A DNA stretch of 38,936 nt from Alphaproteobacteria bacterium (lineage in GTDB: Bacteria > Pseudomonadota > Alphaproteobacteria > Sphingomonadales > Sphingomonadaceae), in the NCBI GenBank assembly GCA_005882415.1, contig VBAE01000093.1, positions 1-38,936 on the forward strand, read 5' to 3'. The notes under the pieces were generated by a model. That model saw only the letters and a program-made list of their open reading frames with translations, was not told the DNA's origin and did no database searches. The translations under genes were made by a program, and so were the position numbers. Position 1 is the stretch's first letter; the number at the start of each line of letters is the position of its first letter. Of this stretch, positions 9,297 through 19,136 are shown piece by piece.

Positions 9297-9530
9297 GTGC
9301 GGCTGGTGGTGATCAAGAAGGCGGGCGAACCGGGCAAGGTGGCGATCAACCCGGAGCAGGTCACCCATCTGCGCTCGGGGCCGGGCAATTTCGTCGACGT
9401 CTTCTTCGGCGACGTGAAGGTCGCGGTGGAGGGCACGTTCGAGGAAGTGACCAACAAATTGTGCGGCGAGCAGGTCGCCACCCGCGAGCGCAACCCGGCC
9501 AAGGACTGGTATTCCGCGGTCCGGCCGTAG
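9297..9530 (+). CDS. Small hypothetical protein, FlbD-like
   Basis: GGAGGA RBS and GTG start; VAINPEQVTHL...VAVEGTFEEVTNKL; host-like codon usage. Confidence 0.65.
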   Translation: MRLVVIKKAGEPGKVAINPEQVTHLRSGPGNFVDVFFGDVKVAVEGTFEEVTNKLCGEQVATRERNPAKDWYSAVRP

Positions 9531-9547
9531 CGGGGGTGCCTCTCAGC

Positions 9548-9842
9548 CGTCATGCGGGACGGAGGGACCCCATCAAAGTACTACTTTGATGGGAACCCTG
9601 ATCCGGCATCCATGAACACGGTTCGTGTCCAGTTCTCGACAACCTGTGTTCATGGATCCCGGGTCAAAGCCCGGGATGACGACGGAAGGGACGATGGCGC
9701 CCGCACCACCCGTCACCCCGGACTTGATCCGGGGTCCATGAACACGGATCGAGTCAGTTCTCGCCGACCTGTGTTCATGGATGCCGGATCGGGGTTCCCA
9801 TCAAAGTACTACTTTGATGGGGTCCCTCCGTCCGGCATGACG
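9548..9842. repeat. Two REP doublets (CGTCATCCCGG/GATCCATGAACAC family), each with a ~37-bp hairpin inserted in one REP loop
   Basis: Same family as the 14533-14884 array; inserts at ~9561-9598 and ~9792-9829. Confidence 0.9.
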
Positions 9843-9891
9843 ATTCTGCCTTCCCTGCCCACCGCCGCCCGCCGGGGAGAGGGAGAAGTTG

Positions 9892-9916
9892 GGAACCGGA
9901 CGCCGCCGATGCCGTT
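9892..9916 (+). promoter_or_regulatory. EcfG (general stress response sigma) promoter
   Basis: GGAAC-N16-CGTT ~54 bp upstream of ATG 9970. Confidence 0.75.
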
Positions 9917-9969
9917 ACGCTTCCGGCACGGCATGCATCACGCGGGCCGGCGGTACCAAGGGGTCACTC

Positions 9970-10116
9970 ATGCTTCTCACCATCGCGGTCATCCTGCTCA
10001 TCCTGTGGGCACTGGGCTTCTTCGCCTTCCATGTGGCCGGCGGCCTCATCCACGCGCTGCTGATCATCGCGGTGATCGTCGTCATCGTGAACTTCGTTCG
10101 CGGCCGCGGGGTCTAA
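9970..10116 (+). CDS. lmo0937/DUF5670-like small membrane protein (48 aa)
   Basis: MLLTIAVILLILWALGFFAFHVAGGLIHALLIIAVIVVIVNFVRGR. Confidence 0.85.
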   Translation: MLLTIAVILLILWALGFFAFHVAGGLIHALLIIAVIVVIVNFVRGRGV

Positions 10117-10144
10117 CCACGCTTGCTCCTTCGGCCGCCGGTGC

Positions 10145-10172
10145 TTGATCGGCGGCCGTAAATCTGTATAGG
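10145..10172 (+). promoter_or_regulatory. Putative sigma70 promoter of rplJ-rplL
   Basis: TTGATC-N16-TATAGG upstream of the L10 leader. Confidence 0.45.
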
Positions 10173-10212
10173 CGCTTCCATCGCGGCTGGAGCATCGCTC
10201 CCGCTCGCGTGT

Positions 10213-10263
10213 CCGTCCGAGACAGCGGGTGCCCCCTCGGGGCTTAATCTCCCGCCTAGACGG
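10213..10263 (+). ncRNA. L10 ribosomal protein leader (autoregulatory RNA)
   Basis: CCGTCCGAGACAGCGGG...TTAAT..CCCGCCTAGACGG stem upstream of rplJ. Confidence 0.75.
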
Positions 10264-10427
10264 GGAAGAGTTAACCGCTCGCCACGCGCTCCAAGCGCAG
10301 GCGTGCCTTGCCGGAAGTCTCCGGCAGACCCCTCCCCTTCGGATGTTAAGCGCCGCGCGGCTTCAAGCCGTGTGGCGCCAGTACCCGCGCGCCGGATGGT
10401 CCGGCGCGCGTAAGTGAAGGAAGAGGC

Positions 10428-10943
10428 ATGGATCGAGCTCAAAAGTCCGAGCAGGTCGCAGCGCTCAAGCAGACGTTCGACGAGACGAGCGTGGTGGTCG
10501 TCACCCGCAATCTCGGCATGACGGTGGCCCAGTCCACCGCCCTGCGGAACCGGATGCGCGACGCCGGCGCCAGCTACAAAGTGGCCAAGAACACGCTCAC
10601 GCTCATCGCCCTCGAGGGAACGACCTACGCACCGATCGGCGACATGCTGACGGGGCCGACGGCGCTCGCCACTTCGCCCGATCCGGTTGCCGCCGCCAAG
10701 GTTGCAGTCGATTTCGCAAAGACCACCGATCGCTTCGAGATCGTGGGCGGAGCGATGGGCGATACCCTCCTCGACGTGAACGGCGTGCGCGCCCTCGCCG
10801 AGCTTCCGTCTCTCGATGAACTGCGTGCCAAGATCATCGGCCTCATCCAGGCCCCTGCATCGAAGATCGCGCGGACCATCAACGAGCCGGGCGCAATGCT
10901 GGCCCGAGTGATCGGCGCCTATGCGGCGAAAGAAGACGCTTAA
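10428..10943 (+). CDS. rplJ: 50S ribosomal protein L10
   Basis: YKVAKNTLT...LTGPTALA...LAELPSLDELRAKIIGLIQAPA. Confidence 0.98.
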   Translation: MDRAQKSEQVAALKQTFDETSVVVVTRNLGMTVAQSTALRNRMRDAGASYKVAKNTLTLIALEGTTYAPIGDMLTGPTALATSPDPVAAAKVAVDFAKTTDRFEIVGGAMGDTLLDVNGVRALAELPSLDELRAKIIGLIQAPASKIARTINEPGAMLARVIGAYAAKEDA

Positions 10944-11001
10944 GACGACTTAACGGCACCCGCCCAGTGCGGGTGCACCAACGAACCAACGGAGACTTAA
11001 C

Positions 11002-11376
11002 ATGGCAGACATCAATTCCCTCGTCGACCAGCTCAGCGAGCTGACCGTCCTTGAAGCCGCCGACCTCGCCAAGGCGCTCGAAGAGCGTTGGGGCGTCTCG
11101 GCCGCGGCCGCGGTTGCGGCCCCCGCCGGCGGCGGCGCCGCCGCTGCTCCCGCCGAGGAAGAGAAGACCGAGTTCGACGTCATCCTCACCGGCGACGGCG
11201 GCAAGAAGATCAACGTGATCAAGGAAGTGCGCGCGATCACCGGTCTCGGCCTCGGCGAAGCCAAGGCCCTGGTCGAGGGCGCCCCGAAGGCGGTCAAGGA
11301 GGGCATCTCCAAGGCCGAAGCCGAGGAGCTCAAGAAGCGCATCGAGGAAGCCGGCGGCACCGTCGAGCTGAAGTAA
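11002..11376 (+). CDS. rplL: 50S ribosomal protein L7/L12
   Basis: [10 protein letters not shown]...[25 protein letters not shown]. Confidence 0.99.
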   Translation: MADINSLVDQLSELTVLEAADLAKALEERWGVSAAAAVAAPAGGGAAAAPAEEEKTEFDVILTGDGGKKINVIKEVRAITGLGLGEAKALVEGAPKAVKEGISKAEAEELKKRIEEAGGTVELK

Positions 11377-11414
11377 TCGGATCGGGTTCGTCGAGGACGA
11401 ACCCGGGTCGAAGG

Positions 11415-11451
11415 AAGAGGGGCGGTTCCCAGGCGGGAGCCGCCCCTTTTT
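11415..11451 (+). terminator. Intrinsic terminator after rplL
   Basis: AGAGGGGCGGTTCCC...GGGAGCCGCCCC followed by TTTTT. Confidence 0.75.
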
Positions 11452-11464
11452 CGTGTGGGTGAGG

Positions 11465-11549
11465 CCGTCATTGCGAGGAGCGAAGCGACGCGGCAATCCA
11501 TGGGCCTCGGAGGCCGCACTGGATTGCTTCGCTTCGCTCCCAATGACGG
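11465..11549. repeat. REP doublet, second copy of the 9085-9172 family
   Basis: CGTCATTGCGAGGAGCGAAGCGACGCGGCAATCC...GGATTGCTTCGCTTCGCTCCCAATGACG. Confidence 0.9.
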
Positions 11550-11551
11550 GG

Positions 11552-13849
11552 CTAGGCGGCGGCGCTCTTTGTGTTTGCCACCAGCGCCAGCGCGGCCCGC
11601 GCTTCTACCGGCCGACCCAGCAAAAACCCCTGGACCGAGGAGCAGCCGTGGCGGCGGAGTTCCTCGAGTTGGGCGGGGTCTTCGACGCCTTCGGCGGTGG
11701 TCTCCATGCCGAGGGTGCGGGCGAGGCCGATGACGGCGTGGACGATCGCGGAGGAGCCGTGGCGGGTCATCAATTGCTCGATGAAGGAGCGGTCGATCTT
11801 GATCTTGTCGAACGGGAAGCTCTGCAAATAGCTGAGGCTCGAATAGCCGGTGCCGAAATCGTCGAGCGCGATGCGAATCCCGAGCGAGCGCAATTTGTGG
11901 AGCATGGCCAGCGTCGCCTCGGAGCTTTCGAGGAAGATCGACTCCGTAATCTCGATCTCCAGCCGGCGCGGATCGAGGCCGCTCATCGCAAGCGCCTGGA
12001 TGACGGCGTTCTCGAGGCCCGGGCGGCGGAACTGGACCGAGGAGACGTTGACCGCCACCCGCACCGACTCCGGCCAGGCGGTGGCCTGGCGGCAGGCCTC
12101 CTGGAGCACCCACTGGCCGATCGGCAGGATCAGGCCGCTCTCCTCGGCGACCGGGATGAACTCGACGGGCGAGCCCTGGCCGCGGGTCGGGTGGTTCCAG
12201 CGCAGCAGCGCCTCGAACGAGCCGATGCTGTCGGTGGCGAGATCGAGCAAGGGTTGGCAGTGACGCTCGCACTCCCCTTCGGAGATCGCGCGCCGGAGGT
12301 CGGTCTCGAGCCGGTGGCGGGCCTGGGCGCGGGCGTTCATCTCCGCCTCGAAGAAGCTGCAGGCGCCCCGGCCCTCCCCCTTGGCCTGCGCGAGGGCGAG
12401 CTCGGCGTGCTTGAGCAGAGTGTCCGCGTCCGACGTGGCGGCGGCGATCGCGATCCCGACGCTGGCGCTGACCGCGACGCGCTGGCCGCGCAGCTCCAGC
12501 GGTTCGGAGACGAGCGAGATCAGCCGGCGGGCCGTGGCGCCGGGGTCGGTCGAGCCGGCGCCGCGGCACAGGATCATCGCGAATTCGTCGGCGCCGAGGC
12601 GTGCGACGAGCGCGTCGCCGGCGCTTGCCCGGAGGCGCCCGGCGATCAGTCGGAGGAGCTCGTCCCCCTGCGGGTGGCCGAGCGTGTCGTTGACCGATTT
12701 GAAATTGTCGATGTCGAGGCAGAGCAGCGCCACCTGCCCGTCGCGGTGGGCGGCCTGGGCGAGCTCGAGGGCGAGGTGCTGGCGGAAGAAGGCGCGGTTG
12801 GGGAGACCGGTCAGGCCGTCGTTGAAGGCGAGCTCGGTGATCCGCCGCTCGCGCTCGGCGATTCCGGCGGCCATCCGGTTGAAGCTTGTGGCGAGGCGGC
12901 CGATCTCGTCGCCGGTCTCGACCGCGACCTCGACCTGCATGCCCTGCTCCATCGCCTGCGCCGCCTGGTCGAGCGCGGAGATCGGCCGGGTGATCGACAG
13001 CGACAGGCGCCAGGAGCCGAACAGGAGGAGGAGGAGCCCGGCGAGGCCGGTCAGCGCCATCGCGATCTGGAGCGGGTGGTAGGGCGCCATGGCGAGCGCC
13101 ATCGGGTAGCGCAGCAGCAGCACCGCGGGCGCCTCGCCGCCGATGCTCCGGAGCGGCTTGACGAGGGCGGCCGAGACTCCGTCCGAACCCTTGAGCTTGG
13201 CCGGCTCGGCCGCGCCGGAGCGGGCGGCGATTAAGGCGTCCTCGCGGCTCCCCGCCCAACGGCCGTCTTTGCCCTGCTGCAGGACGCGAGCGCTGATCGG
13301 GACTGCCGAGAGGCGCTCGAAGGAGCCCATCTCGGCCGGGCCCAAAGCGGTGGCGAAGACCACCCAGCCGGTCAGCGTCGGGCTCAGGATCGGGGCGGCG
13401 ACGAGCTGGTGGGGGACTCCGCCGAGGCTTGCGACGCCCGAAGTCTCGCCGGCGTCGAGCGGGGTCCAGAGGCGGGCGGCGTCGCGCTTGAGGCGGGGGT
13501 CGCGAACGCCCGAGACGCTGCCGTCGAAATTGACGATGAAGCCGACCTTGAGGCCGAGCCGGGATTTCAGATTATCGAGGGCGGATTCGACGGTTCGGGG
13601 ATCGCCGGTGGCTACCGCCTCGCGGAAGCCGAAATCGCGCGACAGGACCCCGGCGGCGTTGCCGAGCTCGCGGGAGCGCAAAGTCCACAGGCGGTCGAAG
13701 ACGGTGCTGCTCGCGACCAGCTCGCTTCGCACCTGCCGCTCGGCGGTGGCGCCGAGGACCGCGTAGAGGGCGACCGCGACGAAGGCGAGCGCAAGCGCGA
13801 ACAGGCCGCCATAGAGGATCGCGAGCCGAGTCTGGATCCGCCGGAACAC
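11552..13849 (-). CDS. Membrane sensor (periplasmic Cache-like)-HAMP-GGDEF-EAL c-di-GMP enzyme
   Basis: Two TM segments; HAMP ([13 protein letters not shown]); DGLTGLPNR; degenerate GADEF; FEALLRW; [10 protein letters not shown]; KIDRSF. Confidence 0.93.
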   Translation of the reverse strand: MFRRIQTRLAILYGGLFALALAFVAVALYAVLGATAERQVRSELVASSTVFDRLWTLRSRELGNAAGVLSRDFGFREAVATGDPRTVESALDNLKSRLGLKVGFIVNFDGSVSGVRDPRLKRDAARLWTPLDAGETSGVASLGGVPHQLVAAPILSPTLTGWVVFATALGPAEMGSFERLSAVPISARVLQQGKDGRWAGSREDALIAARSGAAEPAKLKGSDGVSAALVKPLRSIGGEAPAVLLLRYPMALAMAPYHPLQIAMALTGLAGLLLLLFGSWRLSLSITRPISALDQAAQAMEQGMQVEVAVETGDEIGRLATSFNRMAAGIAERERRITELAFNDGLTGLPNRAFFRQHLALELAQAAHRDGQVALLCLDIDNFKSVNDTLGHPQGDELLRLIAGRLRASAGDALVARLGADEFAMILCRGAGSTDPGATARRLISLVSEPLELRGQRVAVSASVGIAIAAATSDADTLLKHAELALAQAKGEGRGACSFFEAEMNARAQARHRLETDLRRAISEGECERHCQPLLDLATDSIGSFEALLRWNHPTRGQGSPVEFIPVAEESGLILPIGQWVLQEACRQATAWPESVRVAVNVSSVQFRRPGLENAVIQALAMSGLDPRRLEIEITESIFLESSEATLAMLHKLRSLGIRIALDDFGTGYSSLSYLQSFPFDKIKIDRSFIEQLMTRHGSSAIVHAVIGLARTLGMETTAEGVEDPAQLEELRRHGCSSVQGFLLGRPVEARAALALVANTKSAAA

Positions 13850-13859
13850 CCCCGCCGCC

Positions 13860-14480
13860 TCAGTAGGAGGGGGCGACCCGCGGCGGGGGCCGCAGGTTGA
13901 CGGTGACGGCCTGACCCTGGCGCCCGGGCTTCACCGCCCAGCGCGCCTCGACCTGGTTAGCGGGGGCGCGGAGCCAGGGGTGCCAGATCTGCGCGACCAG
14001 GGCGCCCGTTGGGACGTCGGCGAAGGTGGCCCTCCCCTGCGCATCTGTGCGGATTGCCAGGCCGGTGTCGCTGACCTTGAGGAAGGCGGTCATCTGGTCG
14101 TGGATGTTGCAGCCCAGCGGCACGACGCCGGCTCTCTCGAAGCGAACGGTGCGGTTCTGCTCCTTGGCGTAGAGCTTGAGCTCGAAGCGCTTGGCGGGGG
14201 AGAAGGAGTAGACATGGTGGCGGAAGGCGTCGAGGTTCGGGAATGCCACCGACGCGCCGACGGGAACGACGAGGACGAAGGGGTTGAACTGGGTGTTCTG
14301 CTGCGCGACGCGATAGGCGCCTTGGGTCGGGCCGAGCGGGGCTGCGCGGCCGCCGGGGTAGAGGCTGACGACTGCGTTCGGCACCGGCACGCCGGCGGCG
14401 GTGCGGACGGTGACGACAAGCTCCGCCGCAGCGGCCGGCGCTGCCGCTACGGCAAGCAGGAGAAGAAGGGCGAAGCGCAT
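13860..14480 (-). CDS. Periplasmic cupredoxin-like protein (methylamine utilization protein/MauL-like annotation family)
   Basis: Signal peptide; [15 protein letters not shown]; GCNIHDQM type-1 Cu-like ligand loop. Confidence 0.8.
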   Translation of the reverse strand: MRFALLLLLAVAAAPAAAAELVVTVRTAAGVPVPNAVVSLYPGGRAAPLGPTQGAYRVAQQNTQFNPFVLVVPVGASVAFPNLDAFRHHVYSFSPAKRFELKLYAKEQNRTVRFERAGVVPLGCNIHDQMTAFLKVSDTGLAIRTDAQGRATFADVPTGALVAQIWHPWLRAPANQVEARWAVKPGRQGQAVTVNLRPPPRVAPSY

Positions 14481-14532
14481 CGCCCCTTCCATGCGCCCGG
14501 AACGGTGAAAAAAGCGGTAAGAGTGGGGGAAC

Positions 14533-14884
14533 CGTCATCCCGGGCTCGACCCGGGATCCATGAATACGGTTCGGGTCCAGTTCTCGCCGACCTGTGTTCA
14601 TGGATGCCGGATCAAGTCCGGCATGACGAGGTCTACGTACGGGCGGCATCGCCTCTCCCTCGTCATCCCGGGCTCGACCCGGGATCCATGAACACGGTTC
14701 GGGTCCAGTTCTCGCCGACCTGTGTTCATGGATGCCGGATCAAGTCCGGCATGACGAGGTCTACGCACGGCCGGCGTGCCCTCTCTTCGTCATCCCGGGC
14801 TTGACCCGGGATCCATGAACACAGGTTTGTGACGACTGGACGCGATCCGTGTTCATGGATGCCGGATCAAGTCCGGCATGACGA
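14533..14884. repeat. Tandem array of three REP doublets (BIME/REPIN-like), period ~127-128 bp
   Basis: Units start at 14533, 14661 and 14788 with CGTCATCCCGGGCT and end GGATGCCGGATCAAGTCCGGCATGACG. Confidence 0.92.
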
Positions 14885-14887
14885 CTT

Positions 14888-16174
14888 TCAGAGGGTCAGC
14901 CGCAGAGAGGTCTGGAATACCGTCTGGGTTTGTCGGGGGTCCTCCCCCACGCGCACCCGTGACCCGCGGTCGCTGGCGGTGTGTAGCGCTTCTACGATCA
15001 GCTTTGCCTTGTGGGAGAGCGTCCAAGCCGCGGCGCCGGTCAAGGCCCAGCCATCCTCGCTTTCGACGCTCCCCATTTCAGAACCATGCTCGCGCGTTCC
15101 GAACAGGTCGACGCGGCCGCTCAGGGTAACCGGGCCGCGGTCGGTGGAGAAGCGCAAGAAAGCGGAGCGGAAGCGGGTTTCGACCCAGTAATGGCCGGCT
15201 TCCTCATAGCCCATTTCGGTGGAGCCGGTCAGCGCCTGGGCGATGATCCGGGTGTTCTCGCTGAGGTCCAGGCGGGCGGCCACATTCCAGAATTGCGTGT
15301 CCCAGCCCCATTGCAGGCGCGGGGTCACCGCTTCGGGGTCGCCGCCATTGCGATAGTAGAAGGCTTCGAGCAGCAACGGCGCCTCGGCGGGGCGCCAGGA
15401 GAGCTTGGCGTAGAAGCCGGGGCGGTTGTCTATCTCGATCGCCGGGCGGGTCGTCGGGGCCTGGACTCCGCCGGTGAGGAAGGCGTTGAGCGGCGGCAGG
15501 CGCTGGTGGCCGAAGGCGCCGGCCTTCACATCGTGCATCGCCCAGCCGCGGAAGGCGAGCAGGGTTCCGGCCGTGTCGTTCAAGCCGAAGATCGCGAGCG
15601 TTGCGGCGATGCGGCCCCCCTGCCCTTCATGGGCCGCTGTGGCTTCGACGCCGGCGACCTTCACTTCCTCGCCGATCCAGCTGTTGATCGCGGAAGGGGT
15701 GACCATGTCGGCGACCGACCAGGCGGCGCCTTCATGCTCGAGCGAGACGGGCGGCCAGAACAGGCCCGCGCGGGCGCTGAAGCGGGTGGCGCCGCGCGGG
15801 ACGGGCTTCCAGGTGACGAAGGCCTCGATCATGTCGACCGGGTCCGCCTGGCCCTGTTGGGCTGCAACGGAGACGGTGCCGGCGAGGTCCCAGGCGAAGC
15901 GCGGCTGCCAGATGATGTCGGCTTCGGCGGGGATTGGGCGGACGCGTAAGTTCTCGTCCGCGTCGCCGCCGAAGCGGGCCTTGCCGAAGCCGCCGTCGGT
16001 CCAGGATCCCTCGCCGTCGGCTGCGGTCAGGCGCAGGTCGACGAGGGCGGAGGCGGTCTCGGGGGCGAAGAGGTCGGACGGCGCGGCCTGGGCCGGCGCG
16101 GACAAAGCGAGGCATGCGAACCCGAACAGGGCCGCATGCCGCCGCGAGGGGCGCGGGAGGGAAGATGCCGACAC
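14888..16174 (-). CDS. Predicted outer-membrane beta-barrel/porin-like protein
   Basis: Signal peptide; alternating beta-strand pattern; ends FQTSLRLTL; co-oriented with the cupredoxin and EAL genes. Confidence 0.7.
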   Translation of the reverse strand: MSASSLPRPSRRHAALFGFACLALSAPAQAAPSDLFAPETASALVDLRLTAADGEGSWTDGGFGKARFGGDADENLRVRPIPAEADIIWQPRFAWDLAGTVSVAAQQGQADPVDMIEAFVTWKPVPRGATRFSARAGLFWPPVSLEHEGAAWSVADMVTPSAINSWIGEEVKVAGVEATAAHEGQGGRIAATLAIFGLNDTAGTLLAFRGWAMHDVKAGAFGHQRLPPLNAFLTGGVQAPTTRPAIEIDNRPGFYAKLSWRPAEAPLLLEAFYYRNGGDPEAVTPRLQWGWDTQFWNVAARLDLSENTRIIAQALTGSTEMGYEEAGHYWVETRFRSAFLRFSTDRGPVTLSGRVDLFGTREHGSEMGSVESEDGWALTGAAAWTLSHKAKLIVEALHTASDRGSRVRVGEDPRQTQTVFQTSLRLTL

Positions 16175-16194
16175 GGCGCCATGATGCCGCCGCT

Positions 16195-16202
16195 ATGGTT
16201 AA
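16195..16202 (-). promoter_or_regulatory. TTAACCAT CtrA-type motif
   Basis: ATGGTTAA on + strand, ~20 bp upstream of the porin gene start. Confidence 0.45.
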
Positions 16203-16234
16203 TATCGGGTTTGCCGGGGGGAGTGGCGGCCTGG

Positions 16235-16401
16235 CTGCCTCCCTGACGCGAAGCGGCGGGGAGGGGGACCACATGCAATGTGGTGGAGGGGTGACTTGGC
16301 TGGGTGTACGAGGTTCTCGCTGGAACCTACCAGTCTCCGCGCCTTGTCACCCCTCCACCAGCTTCGCTGGTCCCCCTCCCCATCTCACGATGGGGAGGCA
16401 G
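16235..16401. repeat. REP doublet, family CCCTCCACCA-loop-TGGTCCCCCTCCCC
   Basis: Two inverted copies bracketed by CTGCCTCCC/GGGAGGCAG; related copy at ~37076-37183. Confidence 0.8.
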
Positions 16402-16418
16402 AGTTGCGGCTTCTCTTA

Positions 16419-17468
16419 TTACCGCTTCCTCGCTTCCACCGTGTCGTGGAGGCCCGAGGGGTTGTCGACCGAGAAGTAAGCCAGGTCGGCGCCGTCGGGG
16501 ACGCCCACCGCAAAGCGGGCGGTGCTGTGGCCTTCGCTGCCGTCGGGCAGGCGGTATTGGGCGTCGGCGACGACCACGTCGCCGGCACCGATCGTCACTT
16601 CGGGGAAGCTGGCGCCGTCGCCCTGGATCAGCTCGCGCTCCATCTCGCTCTCGCCGGACGCGAACATCCAGGTGGTAACGCGGACGTCGCGGGCCGGGCC
16701 CGAGCCCTGATTGTCGACGACCAGCTCGAACTCGACGATCGCCTCGTTGCCGGCGACTCCGGCGCGAACCGGGTTCATCTGGAGGGCGATCTCCGGGCGG
16801 CCGGTCTCCGCCACGATGGGCGCTGCGGCGAGCGGGGCCGCGGCGATCGGCTCGACCGGGGCGGGCGTGTCGTAGACCTCGTCATAGACCACGTCCGCGC
16901 GGCGCCGGCGGCGAAGGGCGAGGAAGGCGAGTGCGCCGAGGAGGAGCGCCCCGATCAGGACGAAGGGAAGGATGGAGGTGCGGCTCTGGGTCTGCTGCGG
17001 GGCCGGTGCCGGGGCGACGGTATCGACCGGCGCTGCGGGGGCTGCGTCGATCGTCTCGGGCGGAAGCGCGCCGGGGTCGGCGGCGATGGTGTCGACAGGG
17101 GCTGCCGCGGGCGGAGCTACGGCGACCGGAGCCGCTGCAACCGGGGCGGGCGTCACGACTGCGACCGGTGCGCGGACCGGAGTCCGGACCGTGCGGGTCT
17201 GGCGGACCGTGGTGGTGCGGCGGACCGGCGGAGCGGCTTCGGGTGCTGCGGGCGTTTCCGCGACGGGCTCGGCCTGGACCGGCGGGACCTCGATCCGCGG
17301 CGTCGTCGGCGCCGGCTCTGCCACGGGCGGCGGAGCGGTCTCGACCGCCGCGGGCGGCTCGGCGGCGGGGGCCGTCGTGTCCTGCGCGGAAAGTGCGGTG
17401 AAGGGGATGGCGGAGGCCGCGAGAAGCAGGCCGAGCGCCAGGCGATGGGGGGCGGGTTTCTGTTTCAT
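16419..17468 (-). CDS. Pro/Ala-rich exported, membrane-anchored hypothetical protein
   Basis: Signal peptide, Pro/Ala linker, TM helix followed by RRRRR, C-terminal beta-rich domain. Confidence 0.75.
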   Translation of the reverse strand: MKQKPAPHRLALGLLLAASAIPFTALSAQDTTAPAAEPPAAVETAPPPVAEPAPTTPRIEVPPVQAEPVAETPAAPEAAPPVRRTTTVRQTRTVRTPVRAPVAVVTPAPVAAAPVAVAPPAAAPVDTIAADPGALPPETIDAAPAAPVDTVAPAPAPQQTQSRTSILPFVLIGALLLGALAFLALRRRRRADVVYDEVYDTPAPVEPIAAAPLAAAPIVAETGRPEIALQMNPVRAGVAGNEAIVEFELVVDNQGSGPARDVRVTTWMFASGESEMERELIQGDGASFPEVTIGAGDVVVADAQYRLPDGSEGHSTARFAVGVPDGADLAYFSVDNPSGLHDTVEARKR

Positions 17469-17557
17469 GTCGCGGCTAGAACGACCGCCGGAGCAGGTCG
17501 GCTTCTTACGGACCCGGAATCAACGGTGGGCCGTGCCGCGGGAGCGACGGGCCGAGA

Positions 17558-17565
17558 ATGGTTAA
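17558..17565 (-). promoter_or_regulatory. TTAACCAT CtrA-type motif
   Basis: ATGGTTAA on + strand, ~90 bp upstream of the 17468 start. Confidence 0.4.
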
Positions 17566-17590
17566 TACCGCCCCCGGCCCGGACCAGCGC

Positions 17591-18994
17591 CTATTTCGAA
17601 GTGTAGGCTTTCACCAGCCGGTAGAGGAAAGTCCGCCCTTCCATCAGCGACTTGACCCGCATGCGCTCGTTGAGCCCATGGGCGTGGCTCCCTTCCGCGT
17701 CGGCGAAGAAACCGGAGAGTCCGTAGGTCGGAATTCCCGCCGGGGTGAGGAAGGCGCCGTCGGTGCCGCCTGCAGCCATCAAAGGAACGAAGGGCGTGCC
17801 GGGCCACATCTCGGCGGCGATCTTGCGCGCCGGGGCGACGACCTTCTCGGTCAGCGGCGGCGGCGGCGAGATTTCGCTCCTTGTTTCCAGCGTGGTGATC
17901 TTGACCTGCGGGTCGGCGACGATCGTCTCCAGCGCCTGGCGGATTTGCTCCACGGACGTGCCGGGGAAGATCCGGCAATTGACGTTGGCACGGGCCCGCT
18001 GCGGAAGCGCGTTGGTGGCGTGGCCGCCCTCCAGCATGGTCGCGACGCAGGTGGTGTGGAGGATTCCGTTCCAGCTCGGATTGGCGGCCGCGACCGCATT
18101 TGCGGCGGCCTCGTCCCTGGGATTGGCCGCGAACGCCGCCATCGCCTGGCCGGCGGCGCCGGGGGTGAGCTTGGCCATCGCCGCGAAATAGCCGCGGGTC
18201 GCCTCGTTCGATTCGAACGGGAAGTCGTAGCCGCGGAGCTTCACCAGCGCGTCGGAGAGGCGGTAGATCGCATTCTCCTTCACCGGACGCGAGCTGTGGC
18301 CGCCGGGGTTGGTGACCTCCAGCCTATAGTTCTGCGGGAATTTCTCGCCGGCCTGGATGTTGAGGATGACCGGCTTGCCGGCCTCGTCGAGGAGGCCGCC
18401 GGCGCCTTCGTTGAGGGCGAATTCGGCGTCGATCAGCTGCCGCTCATGCTTGGCGAGATAGTCGGCGCCGTTGAATGCGCCCGCGGTCTCCTCGCCACAG
18501 GTCAGCGCCATCTTGACGGTGCGCTTGGGCTTATACCCCTCGCGCTTGAAGCGGGCGAGGGTGTCGACCCAGACCGACGCCTGGGCTTTGTCGTCCGACG
18601 AGCCGCGGGCGTAGAAATAGCCATTCTCCTCGACCAGGGTGAAGGGATCGCGCTCCCAATCCGCACGGTTCGCCTCGACGACGTCGATATGGGCCAGGAG
18701 GAGCAGCGGCTTGAGCTTCGGGTCGGTCCCCTGGAGGACTGCGACGAGGTTCCCTTCCTTCGGGTGGGAGGGCTCGACGATCAGGTGCAGATCCTCGTCG
18801 CGATAGCCGGCCGCCTTGAGCCGCGCGGCCATCCGCTCGGCGGCAAGCGTGCAGCTCCCGGCCGAAAGCGTCGTGTTGGTCTCGACCAGCTCCTTGTACG
18901 TGTCGCGGAAGGCGGCTTCGTCTGGCGTATGGGCGAGTGCGGGTGCGGCGGTTCCGGCGAGGAGAAGGGCTGCTGCAAGGCGGATCGGGTTCAT
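17591..18994 (-). CDS. Secreted M20/M25/M40 family metallopeptidase
   Basis: LLAHIDVV; ARGSSDDK; CGEET; GGHSS; HAHGLNER; signal peptide. Confidence 0.93.
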   Translation of the reverse strand: MNPIRLAAALLLAGTAAPALAHTPDEAAFRDTYKELVETNTTLSAGSCTLAAERMAARLKAAGYRDEDLHLIVEPSHPKEGNLVAVLQGTDPKLKPLLLLAHIDVVEANRADWERDPFTLVEENGYFYARGSSDDKAQASVWVDTLARFKREGYKPKRTVKMALTCGEETAGAFNGADYLAKHERQLIDAEFALNEGAGGLLDEAGKPVILNIQAGEKFPQNYRLEVTNPGGHSSRPVKENAIYRLSDALVKLRGYDFPFESNEATRGYFAAMAKLTPGAAGQAMAAFAANPRDEAAANAVAAANPSWNGILHTTCVATMLEGGHATNALPQRARANVNCRIFPGTSVEQIRQALETIVADPQVKITTLETRSEISPPPPLTEKVVAPARKIAAEMWPGTPFVPLMAAGGTDGAFLTPAGIPTYGLSGFFADAEGSHAHGLNERMRVKSLMEGRTFLYRLVKAYTSK

Positions 18995-19136
18995 CGGGGT
19001 CTCCGGAAGGGAAGCCGCGATGTTGCGTCGAAGCTGCGGCGGCTGTCCACCGCGAATTTGAAGGATCGGCGCACAGGCTGTGCAACCAAAGCCCGTGCCG
19101 CGGCTTTGTCCGCTCCGTCTCAACGAAGGGCGTCCG

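Noticed and set aside
9552-10148. ORFs running through REP clusters (also 13957..14649 and 30571..30969)
   Set aside because: Translations of repeat DNA (RHPGLDPGSMNT-type peptides) without RBS or coding signature
10950-13259. Long ORFs 10950..13259 (-) and 11453..13234 (+)
   Set aside because: Arg/Pro-rich alternative-frame or antisense shadows of the GGDEF-EAL gene, typical of high-GC DNA
14533-14884. Tandem repeats as a CRISPR array
   Set aside because: Units are ~127 bp palindromic REP doublets with similar, not unique, spacers; no cas genes
17488-17513. EcfG promoter for gene 16419..17468
   Set aside because: CGTT is present but the -35 reads GAAGC rather than GGAAC; too weak
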